Notes: generated by a model from the letters alone, not told the origin. A DNA stretch of 64,000 bases from Eledone cirrhosa (GCA_964016885.1 OZ024742.1:231322001-231386000); one strand, 5' to 3'; positions 12,480 through 26,777 are shown, numbered from the stretch's first letter. Made by a program: numbers and translations.

Positions 12480-12800
12480 CGTACTAGGGCCCCTATCACT
12501 CAAACACCCCAAAAGTCTTCTAAGAGATGCGATACAACCTGCTAAGGTGTGAGGTCAGAATTTCATTTTATGATAAGCCAGCGGCTCTTATTAAAACACC
12601 CAAGAAAAGTCCTACGAGATGCACCTTTGTATTAGGCTAGATAAACCTACTTAGAGATGAGCGGTAAATTTCATTTAATTTCATAGGACTAGGGGCCTTA
12701 TCTTTAAAACGTCTAAAACACCTTCTATGAGATTCATCCTCGTATGAGGCAAGCTAAAACTTTCAATTGGTGTGAACTGTAAATTCCATCTTATTTCATT
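12480..12800. repeat. Three diverged ~100-115 bp tandem units
   Basis: Recurring ACTAGGG.CC.TATC...AAACACC...GAGAT...AA(A)TT(T/C)CAT motifs. Confidence 0.55.
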
Positions 12801-13206
12801 TTCATCTCAGAGATTTAGATATTTACGGTAAACTTATTACAGTTGTATAGGTAGGTAGATAGACAGATATATATTGTGGGAGAGAGAGATTGCTAGGTAG
12901 TAGGTAGGTAGGTAGGTAGGTAGGTAGGTAGGTAGGTAGGTAGGTAGGTAGGTAGGTAGGTAGGTATGTTTCTTTATTAGCCACAGGGGCACAAAAGAAG
13001 GGGACAAATACAAAGGGGGAAGTTTACATACAATAAAAACGTGTAAAATGTTATCACAAATGCAATTTAAAAAATTAGTCGATTTTCCCCAATAGGGGGA
13101 GACAGTTCATATGGGTAACACATACCCCCGAAAAAAATGTGCAACCCTCATCTCCAGGAGTACGAAGAGTTTGTACTCCTTTCCTCTCCTCCTCCTTTTC
13201 CTCAAC

Positions 13207-16200
13207 CTACAGGCTGATATAGAGAGAAGGCCCATTCACTCGGGCCATTCCGCCACTTTCACCCACCTTTCATAAAACTTGCTGGGGTACAGCACCTCTC
13301 TCTCCATCCTGATTCTTCTTCCAAAGTGGTATTTGAAAAAAAGAATCTGTTGTTGGCCGGAGAGAAAGGTGTCTGACAATAGTCGTTCTACATAGCCCCA
13401 CAGGTCAGTGACGCCCGGGCAGTGTATGAATGCGTGCGCAACGGTTTCTTCGTCTCGCACGCACCTCGGACAGATCTTTTATGCAGGGTCCCTGCCCGGG
13501 CGCCCATGTCTGTAGAGCTTGTCTCGAACTGGTAGAGCTCCTCGGTAGCACTGCCAGGCCAGGGACTTTTGGAAGTTGTCCATCGGTCCCGGGCGGAAGG
13601 TCCTACCGAACAGACTGGCCAGTTCATCTTCCTCTACGCCTAGAGTTTCACCGAGCGCGTCGTCGCACTTGCTGCGGATCAACCCTCTATAGAATGACGA
13701 AGTGGAGTCTCCACTGATCGCCGGGTCCGCCTGCCAGAGGGCTGTGAGCGCCTGAGCACATTCGATGTGCCAGTCGCCCATTTTCCTCGGTCTTTGCTTG
13801 ACCCAGGACTGCAGCTCGGTCAGCGAGACGAGTCGTGGGAAGGCTCGCCTCACGAACGGGGCCCACACCGGTTGTCCGGTGAGGAATACGTAGAGATGCC
13901 GCAGCCTGAGCGCGTGTTTGCGCATCGTCAACCACGGCATCCCAAGCCCTCCGTTAGAAGGGTGTTGGCAGCAGATGGATCTTCTCACCAAAGGAGCCCG
14001 CCTCTTCCAAAGGAATTGGAAGAGCGCGCGCTCCATTTTGGCGAGCGTTTTTGGCTGGACAAGGCACGACGGTCAAGCGGTAGTAGATGGCGGACGCTAT
14101 AAAAGTGTTCGCCACCTCCGCTCGACCTTTCAAGGATAGTTTGCACTCGGCCCACTTCTGGGTGAGTGCAAACACCTTGGCCGTCATTTCGTTCCAGTTC
14201 TTCTGCACCTGGAGGTCCGGACCAAACCAGACCCCCGAGCAGCTTTACCGGTCCTTCCGTCCAGCGTCCGACGACGCCATCGGAAGGCATCGGTTTGCCT
14301 CTCCACGATCCGAGTTGCAAACCGATGGACTTGTCCCGGTTCAGCTTCGCTCCTGTGAAACTTTCGTATTCCTTCAGTAAGGTGCCGACTTCCTCGATTT
14401 GCGAGGCGCTCAACACCATTACTGTTACGTCGTCGGCGTAGGCCGACGCCGCTTTCCGCAGTCCCGGTTCCAGAGGGATGCCCTGCAATAGCTCCAACTT
14501 CCGCAGTAGTGGCTCGAGAGTCAGTACGTACAGAAGGGAGGAGAGAGGGCATCCCTGTCGGATGGATCGCGTAATATGGAACGGCTCCGAGAGGTAGCCG
14601 TTCACCTTGACCCTTGAGCAGATGTTGCTGTTGTGCATTGCAGCAATCCAGTCCCTGAACACGGGTCCGAAGCCTGCCGCCTCGAGCACCGCATCCAGGT
14701 AACGATGGTCAACCCTATCGAAAGCCTTAGACTGATCCAAGTTGATCAGGGCCCCACCGAAGCCGGGTTTACACCCTACCCTCTCTATGATGTATCGCAT
14801 GAGGTGGAGGTTGTCGTGTATGGACCTGGTCGGGATTGCGCATGTCTGCGCTTCTCCCACCAGGTTCTCGACCACAAGCGCCAGCCCCTTTGCCAACACC
14901 TTGGCCAAAATCTGTAACTCTGTGTTTAGCAGAGTTATGGGTCGGAAGTTGCCTATGTCATCCCCCTTATTCTCGTCCTTCCTGACTAGCGTGACTACGT
15001 CCCCGGTTACAGAACTGGGAATTCTTCCGTTCTGTTGCCAGTTGCAGTAGACCGCTTCCAGGGGACTGGAGAATAAGTCCGGCAGTGTTACGTAAAATTC
15101 GTAGGGTAGACCGTTGAGACCTGGAGATTTGCGTTTGCCGCATTGGCTCAGCGCGTCCCCTATCTCAGCGGCTGAAATCGGCTTTTCGCAGAACTTTGCC
15201 TCGCTGTCCGAGAGTCGCGGTAGGCCGTCGAGGTATGGACCGAAATTCATAGCCCCTCTCGGCGCCCCGCCCCGCCCGAATAGTTGAGCAAAGTGCCGCT
15301 GAAAGGCCGCACACATCTGCTTCGGCTCACGTATCACGCGTCCGTTTTGGTCCTTCAAAGACCGAATCGTGGACTTGTTGCCACTTTTTGCCTCCGTCAC
15401 TCGGGCCCAGCTAACAGCTTTGGCTCCCTCGTTTCCCAGAGCACGTATTTTGCTTCTGATAACGCAGCCTTCGTGCTTTGCGTCGAAGAACTGGTCCAAG
15501 GCCGTTCTTGTTGCTAGCACGCTGACTACGTTGCCACTTCTAATTGCCTCTTCTACTTTATCTACCAGTTCCTTCTCGGTTCTATTTCTATCTAACGCTA
15601 ATTCTTTACTAAAAACTAACGAGTCTAATCTAACTGCCCTCTTGAGAGAGTACTACCATCTGTTGTTGACAATGGCCCCTGTCAAGTGCTGTTTAACTAA
15701 AGTGCTAATCCGTCTACTGTAGGCTTTGCTTGTCGGTAACGACAGGTTCAGCTTCCAGTAGCCTGGTCCTTGTCTATGGGTTCTATCAAGGTTGGCCATG
15801 CAGGTCACTAGTTTGTGATATGAATAGGCAACCAGGAACATTTGTGGACAGCTTAACATGTCCCTATCCTTATTTCTAACTAGAACCCTATCTAGGTACG
15901 ATCTAGATGTTCCGCTGAGATTAGTCCACGTCCACAGTGGCACAGTCGGAAAATCTAGTCGATAACTATCGGCCAGGTCAAATCGGTCGATTAACTGTTT
16001 GAGGATGTTACACCCCCCTTTATCGGGACATGCTCCCACATAGTCCCAACGTGCATCTAGGATTCCATTCCAGTCCCCCACTAAAAGCAAGGAGCGGGAC
16101 GTTCCCAGAAAAGTCTCTAGACGTTTTAAGAAGTCTGGCCGTGGTGTCCCGGATGGGGCATATGCAGCCACCAGCCTGAAGGCTCCACCTTCACTACCGT

Positions 16201-16495
16201 CAACGTCTAGGACCACCAGTCGACCCTCCGGGTCCAGATGTACCGTCTGTGTTACGAGGCCCAGGTGTTTCCGCAGCAAAACGGCAACTCCGCCCCCACC
16301 CCCTGGTTGACAGAGAGATGCGTAGATCTCAAAGACATCGAAGATGGGGGCCAGCTGTCGCTCGCTGTGGATCCTGGAGTCGCAAATGGCTACCACATCC
16401 ATACTGTGCGACCTGAGGTCGTTTAAGAGTTTGCCCTGTTTCCAGGGCATCCCCAGGCCGCGTACGTTCACACATCCAACTCTTATATTGGCCAT
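13207..16495 (-). pseudogene. Tx1 ORF2 (APE endonuclease + reverse transcriptase), disrupted
   Basis: NVRGL, GDWN, SYLDRV, GPGYWKLN, KSPGLNGLP, FRPITLLN, DQSKAFDRVDH, RQGCPLS, AYADD, GGLG; stop near 15653, several frameshifts and an internal deletion near 13377. Confidence 0.9.
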
Positions 16496-16532
16496 GTTGG
16501 TGCTGAAAAGTTAAAAGAGGAAAAGAGATCAC

Positions 16533-18375
16533 TCACCCTTCGTCTCCTGGGGACCAGGCTGCACGATTTCCATGGGGTGTTGGAGGGGTTGTCTGGGTGG
16601 GTGGTGGTTTCCGGCGGGGTGGGGACGTAGATGTTTGGTGGGGTGGGGTCTGGTGGGATGGGGGTGTCTGGGTGGGGAGACATTTGAGAAGGACGCGGTT
16701 AAGTGGTTTCACGCAGGAATTCCCCACATCCTTTTCAAATGTTTCTTTTAGGGACCTATAAGTTTGTATAAGGTCCCTAATCAGTTTTAGGTTCAGTTTT
16801 TTGTTATTTTTAATAGAGTGGGCGAAAGTTTTCCCTTCGGTTTTCACCGAAGGGTTGTTCGTGATGGTCTCCATTAGTGTTTTGTTTTCAGTGTTTATGT
16901 AAGTGTAAGTGTAATTTTCTTGTGTTGTGTTTGTTTTTGTCTGTAGTTCGTGTGTGTGCTTTCGTTTTGTTGTAGGTATTTTGTTTTCAGGAGGCGGGGG
17001 TTTTGTTTGTGATGTTTTTTGTTGTTTGTGTTGGTGGTTGTATGTTTGTGGTAGTGTTTGCTGGTTTTTTGCTTTTGTGATATCTTTTCTTTCTTTTCGA
17101 GCGATGGGGTTCTCCCTCGTCTTCACTGGGTGATGGCGAGATAGCCTCATCTGTTGTATCGTCTGTGTGATTGGGGAGGGGTATGTCTTGGGGAGCTGTT
17201 GTGTCTGTATGTGATTTTGCAGTGGTTTTAGGTGGAGTGGGGTTGGGTGGGACTGTGTTTGTTGTGGTTATTTTTGTGTGTTGGTGTTGTTGTTGTTGTG
17301 GTGGTGTTGGTGGTTGGTTTGTTTTGATGGGTGTCGGCAGAGAGCCTTTTTTTTACTCATTAATTTAGGACAGGAAGCCCTCAGGTGACCCCTGCTAAAG
17401 CAGTGGTAACATGAAGGCCGCCTACCCTCAACCGAAAAGTTTATGTAGGTGAGTCCGTCCAGGAGTACACGTTGTGGGATCATAGCTATTCGCTCTGGGC
17501 TCATTTGCACCAGAACTTCAATGCTAGTCCCATTGAATACATCTCTGGGGGACTTACCTACTGACAGTATTTTGTCTTCATCAAAATTGATGAAGCCGCA
17601 CAGTATCCACCATATATTCACCTTTGGTGTGACACTCGTGATTTTAATCTTTTGTGTCCTTTTTCCCATGTATGTAGGGAAAAAAGTATACAGGTTGGAT
17701 ACAATTGGCGACACAGAGTAATTTTGGGCTGTCAATTGATCCTTCATGAGTACCGAAATACTCCCAAAGAGTTTGCTTCTTTGAATGAATGCAATATCAT
17801 TCATTGAATTTTTGAAAACCAGTTCTGTGACAATTGGACTGGTTTTCGGGTAGAATTGGAAACTGTCCTAAAAACTATCGTTTTGAGAGCAGTTTCCTTG
17901 CGAATTTCTACCGGAGAATTGATGCTGAAGGCACCATTTTTTTCGAAAGTGACATATCTCCTAGCGTCCTTTAAAAGTTGTTCCGCATTTGTTATGTCGA
18001 GATATGCCAGTTCCTCCTTTTTTTGAACTGTCTGTGCAAAGGAGATTTGTTGTCACTGATGTTGATATTATTCGTATTTTCCTTGGTGTTGGTGTTGGTG
18101 TTGTTGTCTTTGATGCTGGTGTTATTGGTGTTGTCTTTATTTTTTTCTTTGTTGTTGTTGTCATTGTTGTTTTTATCATCATTATTGGTGTTGTTGTTAT
18201 TTTTGTTGTCATTGAACTGTTTGGTGTAATTTGTGTTGTTTGGATATAAATTTGTTTTTACATTTTCATTTCGTCTTTCCATCTCCATAGTATCTAGGGA
18301 AGAAGACGATGTTGACTGCGAGCTATGTAGTCTTACCGACTCTCCACCACCATTATCGTTGATTATCGTAATCAA
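16533..18375 (-). pseudogene. Tx1 ORF1 (frameshifted) with Asn-rich N-terminus, zinc knuckle and T/Q/P-rich tail
   Basis: Track fragments 17992-18375, 17268-17804 (EGRRPSCYHCFSRGHLRASC) and 16533-17150; ends just before the ORF2 ATG at 16495. Confidence 0.8.
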
Positions 18376-18584
18376 ACTTCTTACGATATTTTTTCCAAAT
18401 TTCGATGGAGAAAAAATTTATCAAACGAATATTTCGCCCCTGTAGGGGCGAAAATGAGTTGACCCACCACCTGAAGGGCCAGACGGGGGGTCAAGTTACA
18501 CAATAATATAAAATTTAACTGAAAACTCACGTTTTTTTCTTACATAAATTAACGGAAACTTCTCCGCGAAGTTACACACGTCTG

Positions 18585-18663
<79 letters not shown>

Positions 18664-19059
18664 TGACAAGTATTAGACATAACAAATGTTTTATTAAAGT
18701 ATTTGTGAAATTGTTTTGGATTCTAAAACTTGGAAACGTGTTTGCTTTGCTAAGAACTTAATTTAGAACTTCTAAATCAGACATATCACCAGAAGCAGCA
18801 CCAGCACCAGCAACAGCAGCAGTACCAGCAGTAACAGCACCAGCACCAGCAGTAACAGCACCAACAGCGCAACAACATCAGCAATAACAACACCAGCAGT
18901 AGTTGTGGCGGTGGAGGCTGTCATATGCTTGTCTGATCACTGTCAACTAAATATTATATATTTTCGTGTAGTTTTTGTTGAATATAATCATTAGGATTTG
19001 GAATGACAAGTGATAGTCTCACTCATCTGATTCATTTCAGTGAAAAAGTGAAAATCTGT

Positions 19060-21125
19060 ATACTAAGATCTTAACTGCTTTAGAGTTCTTCTGTATAACA
19101 AGATGTTAACTGTTTTAGACCGATGTACTATATACCAAGATGTTAACTGTTTCAGAGAGATGTACTATATACCAAGATGTTAACTGTTCTATATACCAAG
19201 ATGTTAACTGCTTCAGATAGATGTACTATATACCAAGATGTTAACTGTTCTATATACCAAGATGTTAACTGCTTCAGATAGATGTACTATATAACAAGAT
19301 GTTAACTGTTTCAGAGAGATGTACTATATACCAAGATGTTAACTGTTCTATATACCAAGATGTTAACTGCTTCAGATAGATGTACTATATACCAAGATGT
19401 TAACTGTTCTATATACCAAGATGTTAACTGCTTCAGATAGATGTACTATATAACAAGATGTTAACTGTTTCAGAGAGATGTACTATATACCAAGATGTTA
19501 ACTGTTCTATATACCAAGATGTTAACTGCTTCAGATAGATGTACTATATAACAAGATGTTAACTGTTTCAGAGAGATGTACTATATACCAAGATGTTAAC
19601 TGTTCTATATACCAAGATGTTAACTGCTTCAGATAGATGTACTATATACCAAGATGTTAACTGTTCTATATACCAAGATGTTAACTGCTTCAGATAGATG
19701 TACTATATAACAAGATGTTAACTGTTTCAGAGAGATGTACTATATACCAAGATGTTAACTGTTCTATATACCAAGATGTTAACTGCTTCAGATAGATGTA
19801 CTATATAACAAGATGTTAACTGTTTCAGAGAGATGTACTATATACCAAGATGTTAACTGTTCTATATACCAAGATGTTAACTGCTTCAGATAGATGTACT
19901 ATATACCAAGATGTTAACTGTTCTATATACCAAGATGTTAACTGCTTCAGATAGATGTACTGTATAACAAGACGTTAACTGTTTTAGACAGATGTTCTAT
20001 ATACCAAGATGTTAACTGTTTTAGATAGATGTTCAATATACCTACATGTTAACTGTTTTAGATAGATGTTCTATATACCTACATGTTAACTGTTTCAGAG
20101 AGATGTTATATATACCAAGATGTTAACTGGTTTAGATAGATGTTATATATATCAAGATGTTAACTGTTTTAGATAGATGTACTATATACCAAGATGTTAA
20201 CTGTTTTAGACAGATGTACTATATACCTACATGTTAACTGTTTCAGAGAGATGTTATATATACCAAGATATTAACTGTTTTAGACAGATGTTATATATAC
20301 CAAGATGTTAACTGTTTTAGATAGATGTACTATATACCAAGATGTTAACTGTTTTAGACAGATGTACTATATACCTACATGTTAACTGTTTCAGAGAGAT
20401 GTTATATATACCAAGATGTTAACTGGTTTAGATAGATGTTATATATATCAAGATATTAACTGTTTCAGATGGATGTACTGTATAACAAGATGTTAACTGT
20501 TTTAGACAGATGTACTATATAACAAGATGTTAACTGTTTTAAACAGATGTACTATATACCAAGATGTTAACTGCTTTAGATAGATGTTCTATATACCAAG
20601 ATGTTAACTGTTTTAGACATGTTCTATTTACCGAGGTGTTAACTGTTTTAGACAGATGTTATATATACCAAGATGTTAACTGCTTTAGATAGATGTACTA
20701 TATACCAAGATGTTAACTGTTTCAGATAGATGTACTGTATAACAAGATGTTAACTGTTTTAGACAGATGTTATATATACCAAGATGTTAACTGTTTCAGA
20801 TAGATGTTATATATACCAAGATGTTAACTGTTTTAGATAGATGTTGAACATACCTAAATGTTAACTGGTTTAGATAGATGTACTATATAACAAGATGTTA
20901 ACTGGTTTAGATAGATGTACTATATAACAAGATGTTAACTGGTTTAGATAGATGTACTGTATACCAAGATGTTAACTGGTTTAGACAGATGTTATATATA
21001 CCAAGATGTTAACTATTTTAGGGAAATGTTATATATACCAAGATGTTAACTGTTTTAGAGAGATGTTCAACGTGCGAAGATGTTGACTGTTACAGAATTG
21101 CAGTTTATGTAAAGATGTTAACTTT
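19060..21125. repeat. ~2-kb minisatellite of 37-bp units with a 24-bp variant
   Basis: Unit CCAAGATGTTAACTGTTTCAGAGAGATGTACTATATA and short variant CCAAGATGTTAACTGTTCTATATA; GTTAAC in essentially every unit. Confidence 0.95.
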
Positions 21126-21406
21126 AAGAGAGGTACTCTTCATCGGTGAAAATTTAAACCATCTCGACACTTTCTATGTTTTCTCCCGGACATTAACATA
21201 ACCTCAATTGTTGGGGTGCCTCTTTAGCGTGAGGTCGACTTAATCATTTACAGTACAGCACGCAATCTCCCAGGTTATTTACAGTCCAGCATGCTGTCTA
21301 TCTCTAGTACACTAACCCTAACCCTATTAACAAATGTGTAAATTGATATACACATTTTCGCAGTCTCAGTTGCCTCTATTTTGTATATATTAAGATATAA
21401 CTTTAT

Positions 21407-21580
<174 letters not shown>

Positions 21581-21619
21581 TATCATCGGTTTACACTCGC
21601 TCTTCCACGTTATACATAT

Positions 21620-24165
21620 AATTTTCGTAGTTTATTAGACAATATTACACTTGACCCGAGCAACCTTTGGGAAGATTTTAAGACAAAAGTATTCTAAGCA
21701 GCATCTGCATCAGTGGGTGTGAGATCAAGGTCTAATGACTGGTTTACAGAAAGCAACCTTTAAATATGTGATTTACTTAGGGACAAATAAAATCTTTGTC
21801 AGAACTTCTTTCTCAATCAATCAATCCTAATTGTGATATCTCTTATAAGCAACTCAAAAGAAAAGTGCAAAAATGCTTTGAGAAATATTAAACAACAATG
21901 GTGGCACAACAAAGCCAAACAAGCACAAGAAGCAATAGATCGCAAGGACACAAACGCATTTTTCTCCTTCATTAAAGAATTGTATGGTCCACAATCCTCC
22001 TCAGTTGTACCTGTAAGAACTGGAGATGGTCAGTCAGTCTTGACTGATATTAACTCCTTTCAGAACCGCTGGGTAGAACACTTCTCTGAACTTCTTAATA
22101 GGCCCTCTAGTGTCAACATAAACCTTATTGTAAATGAAATGGCATCAGAACCAAATAGAAATGACATTGCTTCTGCTGTACAGAAATTAAACAACAATAA
22201 ATTTCCTGGCCTGGATAGTATTGGTCTTGAGGTTTTCAAGCATGGAGGGGAGAAAATGGTGGAACATTTACAAACTGTAATGCTCCATAGTTGGAGAAGG
22301 GGGAAGTATCACAAGGCTGGGTTGATGCTATACTAGTCACCCTTTTCAAATCTGGTGCCAAAGATCAATGTGGTAATTTTAGGGGAATTTCCCTATTATC
22401 TGTTGTCGGTAAAGTTCTAGCACGTGTCATTTTAGGACGGCTTAGTAAGTTAATTTTGCCTAGAGTACTAAGAGTCATATGAGAACCACAATGCGGTTTT
22501 CTTGCGAAAAGAGGCACTAATGATATGATTTTCACAATCAGACAACTGCAAGAAAAATGTATTGAACAGAACTTTGCCCTCTACCAGTGTTTTTTTGTCG
22601 ATCTTAGTAAGGCGTTCGATACTGTTAATAGGAATGCCCTGTTGTTGGTTCTATCGAAATTTGGATGCCCTCACAAGTTTATGAATTTATTGAAAGCTCT
22701 CCACAAAGATATGAAAGCCAGAGTTAACTTTGGAGGCACACACTCTGGGCTTTTTTCAGTGGAAAATGGTGTGAAACAGGGAAACCTCGATGCACCTACT
22801 CTCTTTGCGATATATTTTGCTGCCATGCTCTCTCGTGCTTTCCATAACAACAATGAAGGGGGTGTATGTAAGATATCGTACAAAAGAAAATGTTTTCAAT
22901 TTAGCACGAATGAAATTTCAGACAAAAGTGTTCACCTCACTAATAAGAGATCTTCTGTATGCCAATGACTGTGACCTTGTCAGTCATACTGGGCATGGTT
23001 TGCAACTGTTCATCTCTGCATTTGATTCGGCGTGTGATATGTTTGGTTTGACCATGAACTTAAAGAAAACGGTAGTTTTATGTCAACCTGCCCCCTGGTC
23101 AAGTTGTGCAGCAACCGAAAATATATGGGAGGGGTAAACTTCTTAAGGTCGTTGAATACTTCATATATCTTGGAAGCACAATAAGTAAAGATGGAACATT
23201 GGATCCAGAAATATCTCTAAGGATTCAAAAGACAACAAAATCTTTTAGTAACTTAGAGTCTCGGGTTTGACCACAAAGACATATAAAGATCGAAACAAAA
23301 GTTTCTGTTTATAGAGCTTTTGTGTTATCCTCCCTTCTGTACTCGTCTGAAACTTGGACATGTATATATCACATCAGACTCCTGGAACGATTCCACCAAA
23401 AATACTTACGTCATATTCTAAAAATAAAATGGAATTCATTCACTCCTAAATCTGCTGTTTTTTTTAGCTGCATCTGGTATTTGTTCCATCGAACTGCGGT
23501 GGTCTGGACATATTGCCCGCATGGCTGACGAACGTATCGCCAAGTAACTATTTTATGGGGAACTTGCTCAGGAAAAAAGGAAACGGAGCAATCCAAAGAA
23601 GAGGTTCAAGGATGCATTGAGGGAGAACTTGAAAAATGTAGGAATCAATCAAAAAAACCTGGAAAGACTTGCAGTGGATCGCTCTACATGGTGCTCAAAA
23701 ATATGGGATGGTGTAAAAAATTTGTGAGCAAAATAGATTAATGCAAGTAAATATTAAGAGGAATATAAGGAAAAATCAACTAGTAAGTGAATACAAACTT
23801 AATGGGACTTTTTCTACTTGTACGGTTTGTGGCAAAATCTGCCTATCAGAAGCTGGACTTCAATCTCACATGAAAGCACATGATAGGACACTTCCTACTG
23901 ACCTCAGAACATACCTACCAGTTCACACTTATCAATACCACATATGTCACAAAATATGCAAATTTAAAGGAGGTCTAAAGAGACATTTCAAGGTTCATCA
24001 AGATCAGACAACTCAGGCAGTTGAAGCTACTCCGAATATAAGGTGCAATTTATGTGGATCACATTTTAAAAGTATGTCTGGTCTGAAAAGCCACATGGGT
24101 TCTCATGCCAGAACTGAGCTCTATGTACACTGAGGGGTCAAGCTCTATGTTGAGCAGACAACCGT
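21620..24165 (+). mobile_element. RTE-clade LINE, 5'-truncated and degenerate, with C-terminal C2H2 zinc fingers
   Basis: [72 protein letters not shown]; C-terminus has three C2H2-like motifs; ends in (TA)n. Confidence 0.88.
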
Positions 24166-24166
24166 C

Positions 24167-24246
<80 letters not shown>

Positions 24247-24249
<3 letters not shown>

Positions 24250-24401
24250 ATCAAAAGATGGTTAAAGGAGTTCCATGTATTTTATTATGCGCATTTCAAA
24301 AACAAACATCATCATGCAATAATATTTGTGTTTTCATCAGATAAAACAGGAGAACATGATATGAAGGCTAAAAAACACTTGTGGATAGTGCAGTTTTAAA
24401 T

Positions 24402-24407
<6 letters not shown>
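24247..24407 (-). mobile_element. 160-bp (TA)n-embedded element carrying a hammerhead-like core
   Basis: Minus strand 24340-24294: CTGATGA-AAACACAAATATTATTGCATGATGATGTTTGTTTTT-GAAA, then AATAAA; (TA)n on both sides. Confidence 0.55.
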
Positions 24408-24813
<406 letters not shown>

Positions 24814-24907
24814 TGGTGTGTGTGTGTTGGTGTGTGTGTGTTGGTGTGTGTGTATGCGTACATACATACATACATACATACATACATACATACATACATA
24901 CATACAT

Positions 24908-25361
24908 GATGGCTGCCAACCCGTTTTCGAGTACGGCCACTACTTTATATCCATGTAGGAGAACCCCTACCGATGGGCTGAACGAGTGTGACTTTGTCCA
25001 GCCAGCGACTTGAAAACTCTGGTACAAACACTACACTTGTGACAATCATTGACACTTAGTGCTGGGCCCATGGTACCATGTGACGACAAGTGCAGAGAGA
25101 TCTCCAGATATAAAGCAATGCCTGTGCCGTGAAGCTTTTATAGTGAGCAAAGGCACTGCACAAAGCCAGTCCCACTCTCTTAACCAATATGATATTTACC
25201 AAAAAGAAGAACAAGTCAACATCATTGGATACCATCAGGGTTGCAGGTGTTATATCAGAGTTTTCCTTCTCCTAGAATTCTGCCTTGACAAAGGCTAAGG
25301 GGTCATCTCTCCCGGTGATTTTGGATGGCCATTGACTCTTAAGAGCTCCTTTGCCCTTTGA
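24908..25361 (-). mobile_element. (TACA)n-embedded element with RTE 5'-UTR-like sequence
   Basis: Minus strand CTAGGAGAAGGAAAACTCTGA resembles a motif common in RTE 5' UTRs and derived SINEs; (TACA)n on both sides; shares segments with 8867-9106. Confidence 0.55.
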
Positions 25362-25404
25362 TACATACATACATACATACATACATACTTACATACATAC
25401 ATAC

Positions 25405-25435
<31 letters not shown>

Positions 25436-25559
25436 CATACATACATACATACATACATACATACATACATACATACATACATAAGTATACATCTGTGTCT
25501 GAGTTTGTGTTTGTGTGTGCGTCTTCTCATGTTATCAATATCAACACATGAAATCAGAT

Positions 25560-26440
25560 GAGCAAAACATTCTTGAAAGTATAAAACACTATGACTGCAT
25601 CATATTCAAAATAATGACTTCACTTTTGTTTAATAAAATATTTTCTCAGATACTATAAACATTTGAATTAACAAACCACATGAAACCACATCAGCAAGAC
25701 ATTCTTGAAATATATAAAACAGTACTATGTCTGCCTCACAACGATCTTTCCACTAATAAAGGCACTTAAAACACTTAATCGACAGTCGATTCAAAAGATC
25801 CCAGACCTCATTCGCTTAACGAGTAAGGTGGAGCACGTCAAATCGGACCTAGGAAACAATGTTTCCATTGGTCTTTCAAATTGCTAATACTATCTGTCGG
25901 TCGCAAATCCAGGCAGAATTTCCACTAATAAAGTCACTTAAAATATTTGATTTAACAAACCACCTGAAACCACATCAGCAAGACATTCTTGAAATATATA
26001 AAACAGTACTATGTCTGCCTCACAACGATCTTTCCACTAATAAAGACACTGAAAACATTTGAATTAACAAACCACATGAATCTGCTTTAACAATTAACAT
26101 TCTTAAAATATATGATTTCTAGTATAGGCACAAGGCCAGTAATTGTTTGGGGGGTGGGAGGGAGTCGATTAAATCAATCCCAGTACATTACTGGTGCTTT
26201 ATTTTATCGACCCTGTAAGGATGAAAGGTAAAGTTAACCTCGGCGGGATTTGAACTCAGATCATACAGGGCCGTAACTCTATGCTGCAAAGCATGGCGTC
26301 CGACTCTCTACCGATACTGCCAATCCACCGCCCTTCTTAAAATATATAAAACAACTCTATGTCTGCATCACATTAAAAGATATTGTAGAAAGAAATTTCA
26401 CAATGATCTGTCCACTAATAAAGATACGATAGAAATTCTA
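25560..26440. repeat. ~115-bp tandem repeat (4-5 copies) interrupted by two insertions
   Basis: ACATTCTTGAAATATATAAAACAGTACTATGTCTGCCTCAC...TCCACTAATAAAG recurs. Confidence 0.8.
26114..26333 (-). mobile_element. tRNA-derived SINE, full-length with 14-bp TSD
   Basis: A-box TGGCAGTATCGG, B-box GAGTTCAAATCC, body CTTTCATCCTTAC.GGGTCGATAAAATAAAG; TSD TTCTTAAAATATAT at 26100-26113 and 26334-26347. Confidence 0.9.
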
Positions 26441-26680
26441 ATTCACAAACCCATTTTTAGATATAAATAATAGCAGGGCGCTCAGAGTTACCATTGCTAA
26501 AGAAATTTATTTCGTATTTACATTTTTACGTAATAAAATGAATGTTTACATTCGACTGGTAAATCTAGGCTATAGATTTTAATTTACATGGAATTATTTA
26601 TTTCCAAGGATTATTAATTCACCAACAGTTCACACAGCAAGTTTTTTTTATCTACTTTCACATATATTTATACGTGTATG

Positions 26681-26777
<97 letters not shown>

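Larger units (their letters stand above)
12967..18585 (-). mobile_element. Near full-length Tx1/L1-clade non-LTR retrotransposon
   Basis: ORF1 with CCHC knuckle; ORF2 with APE, RT and C-terminal region; 3' end ...GTGGCTAATAAAGAAAC followed by a (CCTA)n tail; 5' end abuts a (TC)n run on the element strand. Confidence 0.92.

Noticed and set aside
19060-21125. CRISPR-like array of ~37-bp repeats
   Set aside because: No unique spacers; inter-core sequences are variants of each other, there are no cas genes, and the context is eukaryotic.
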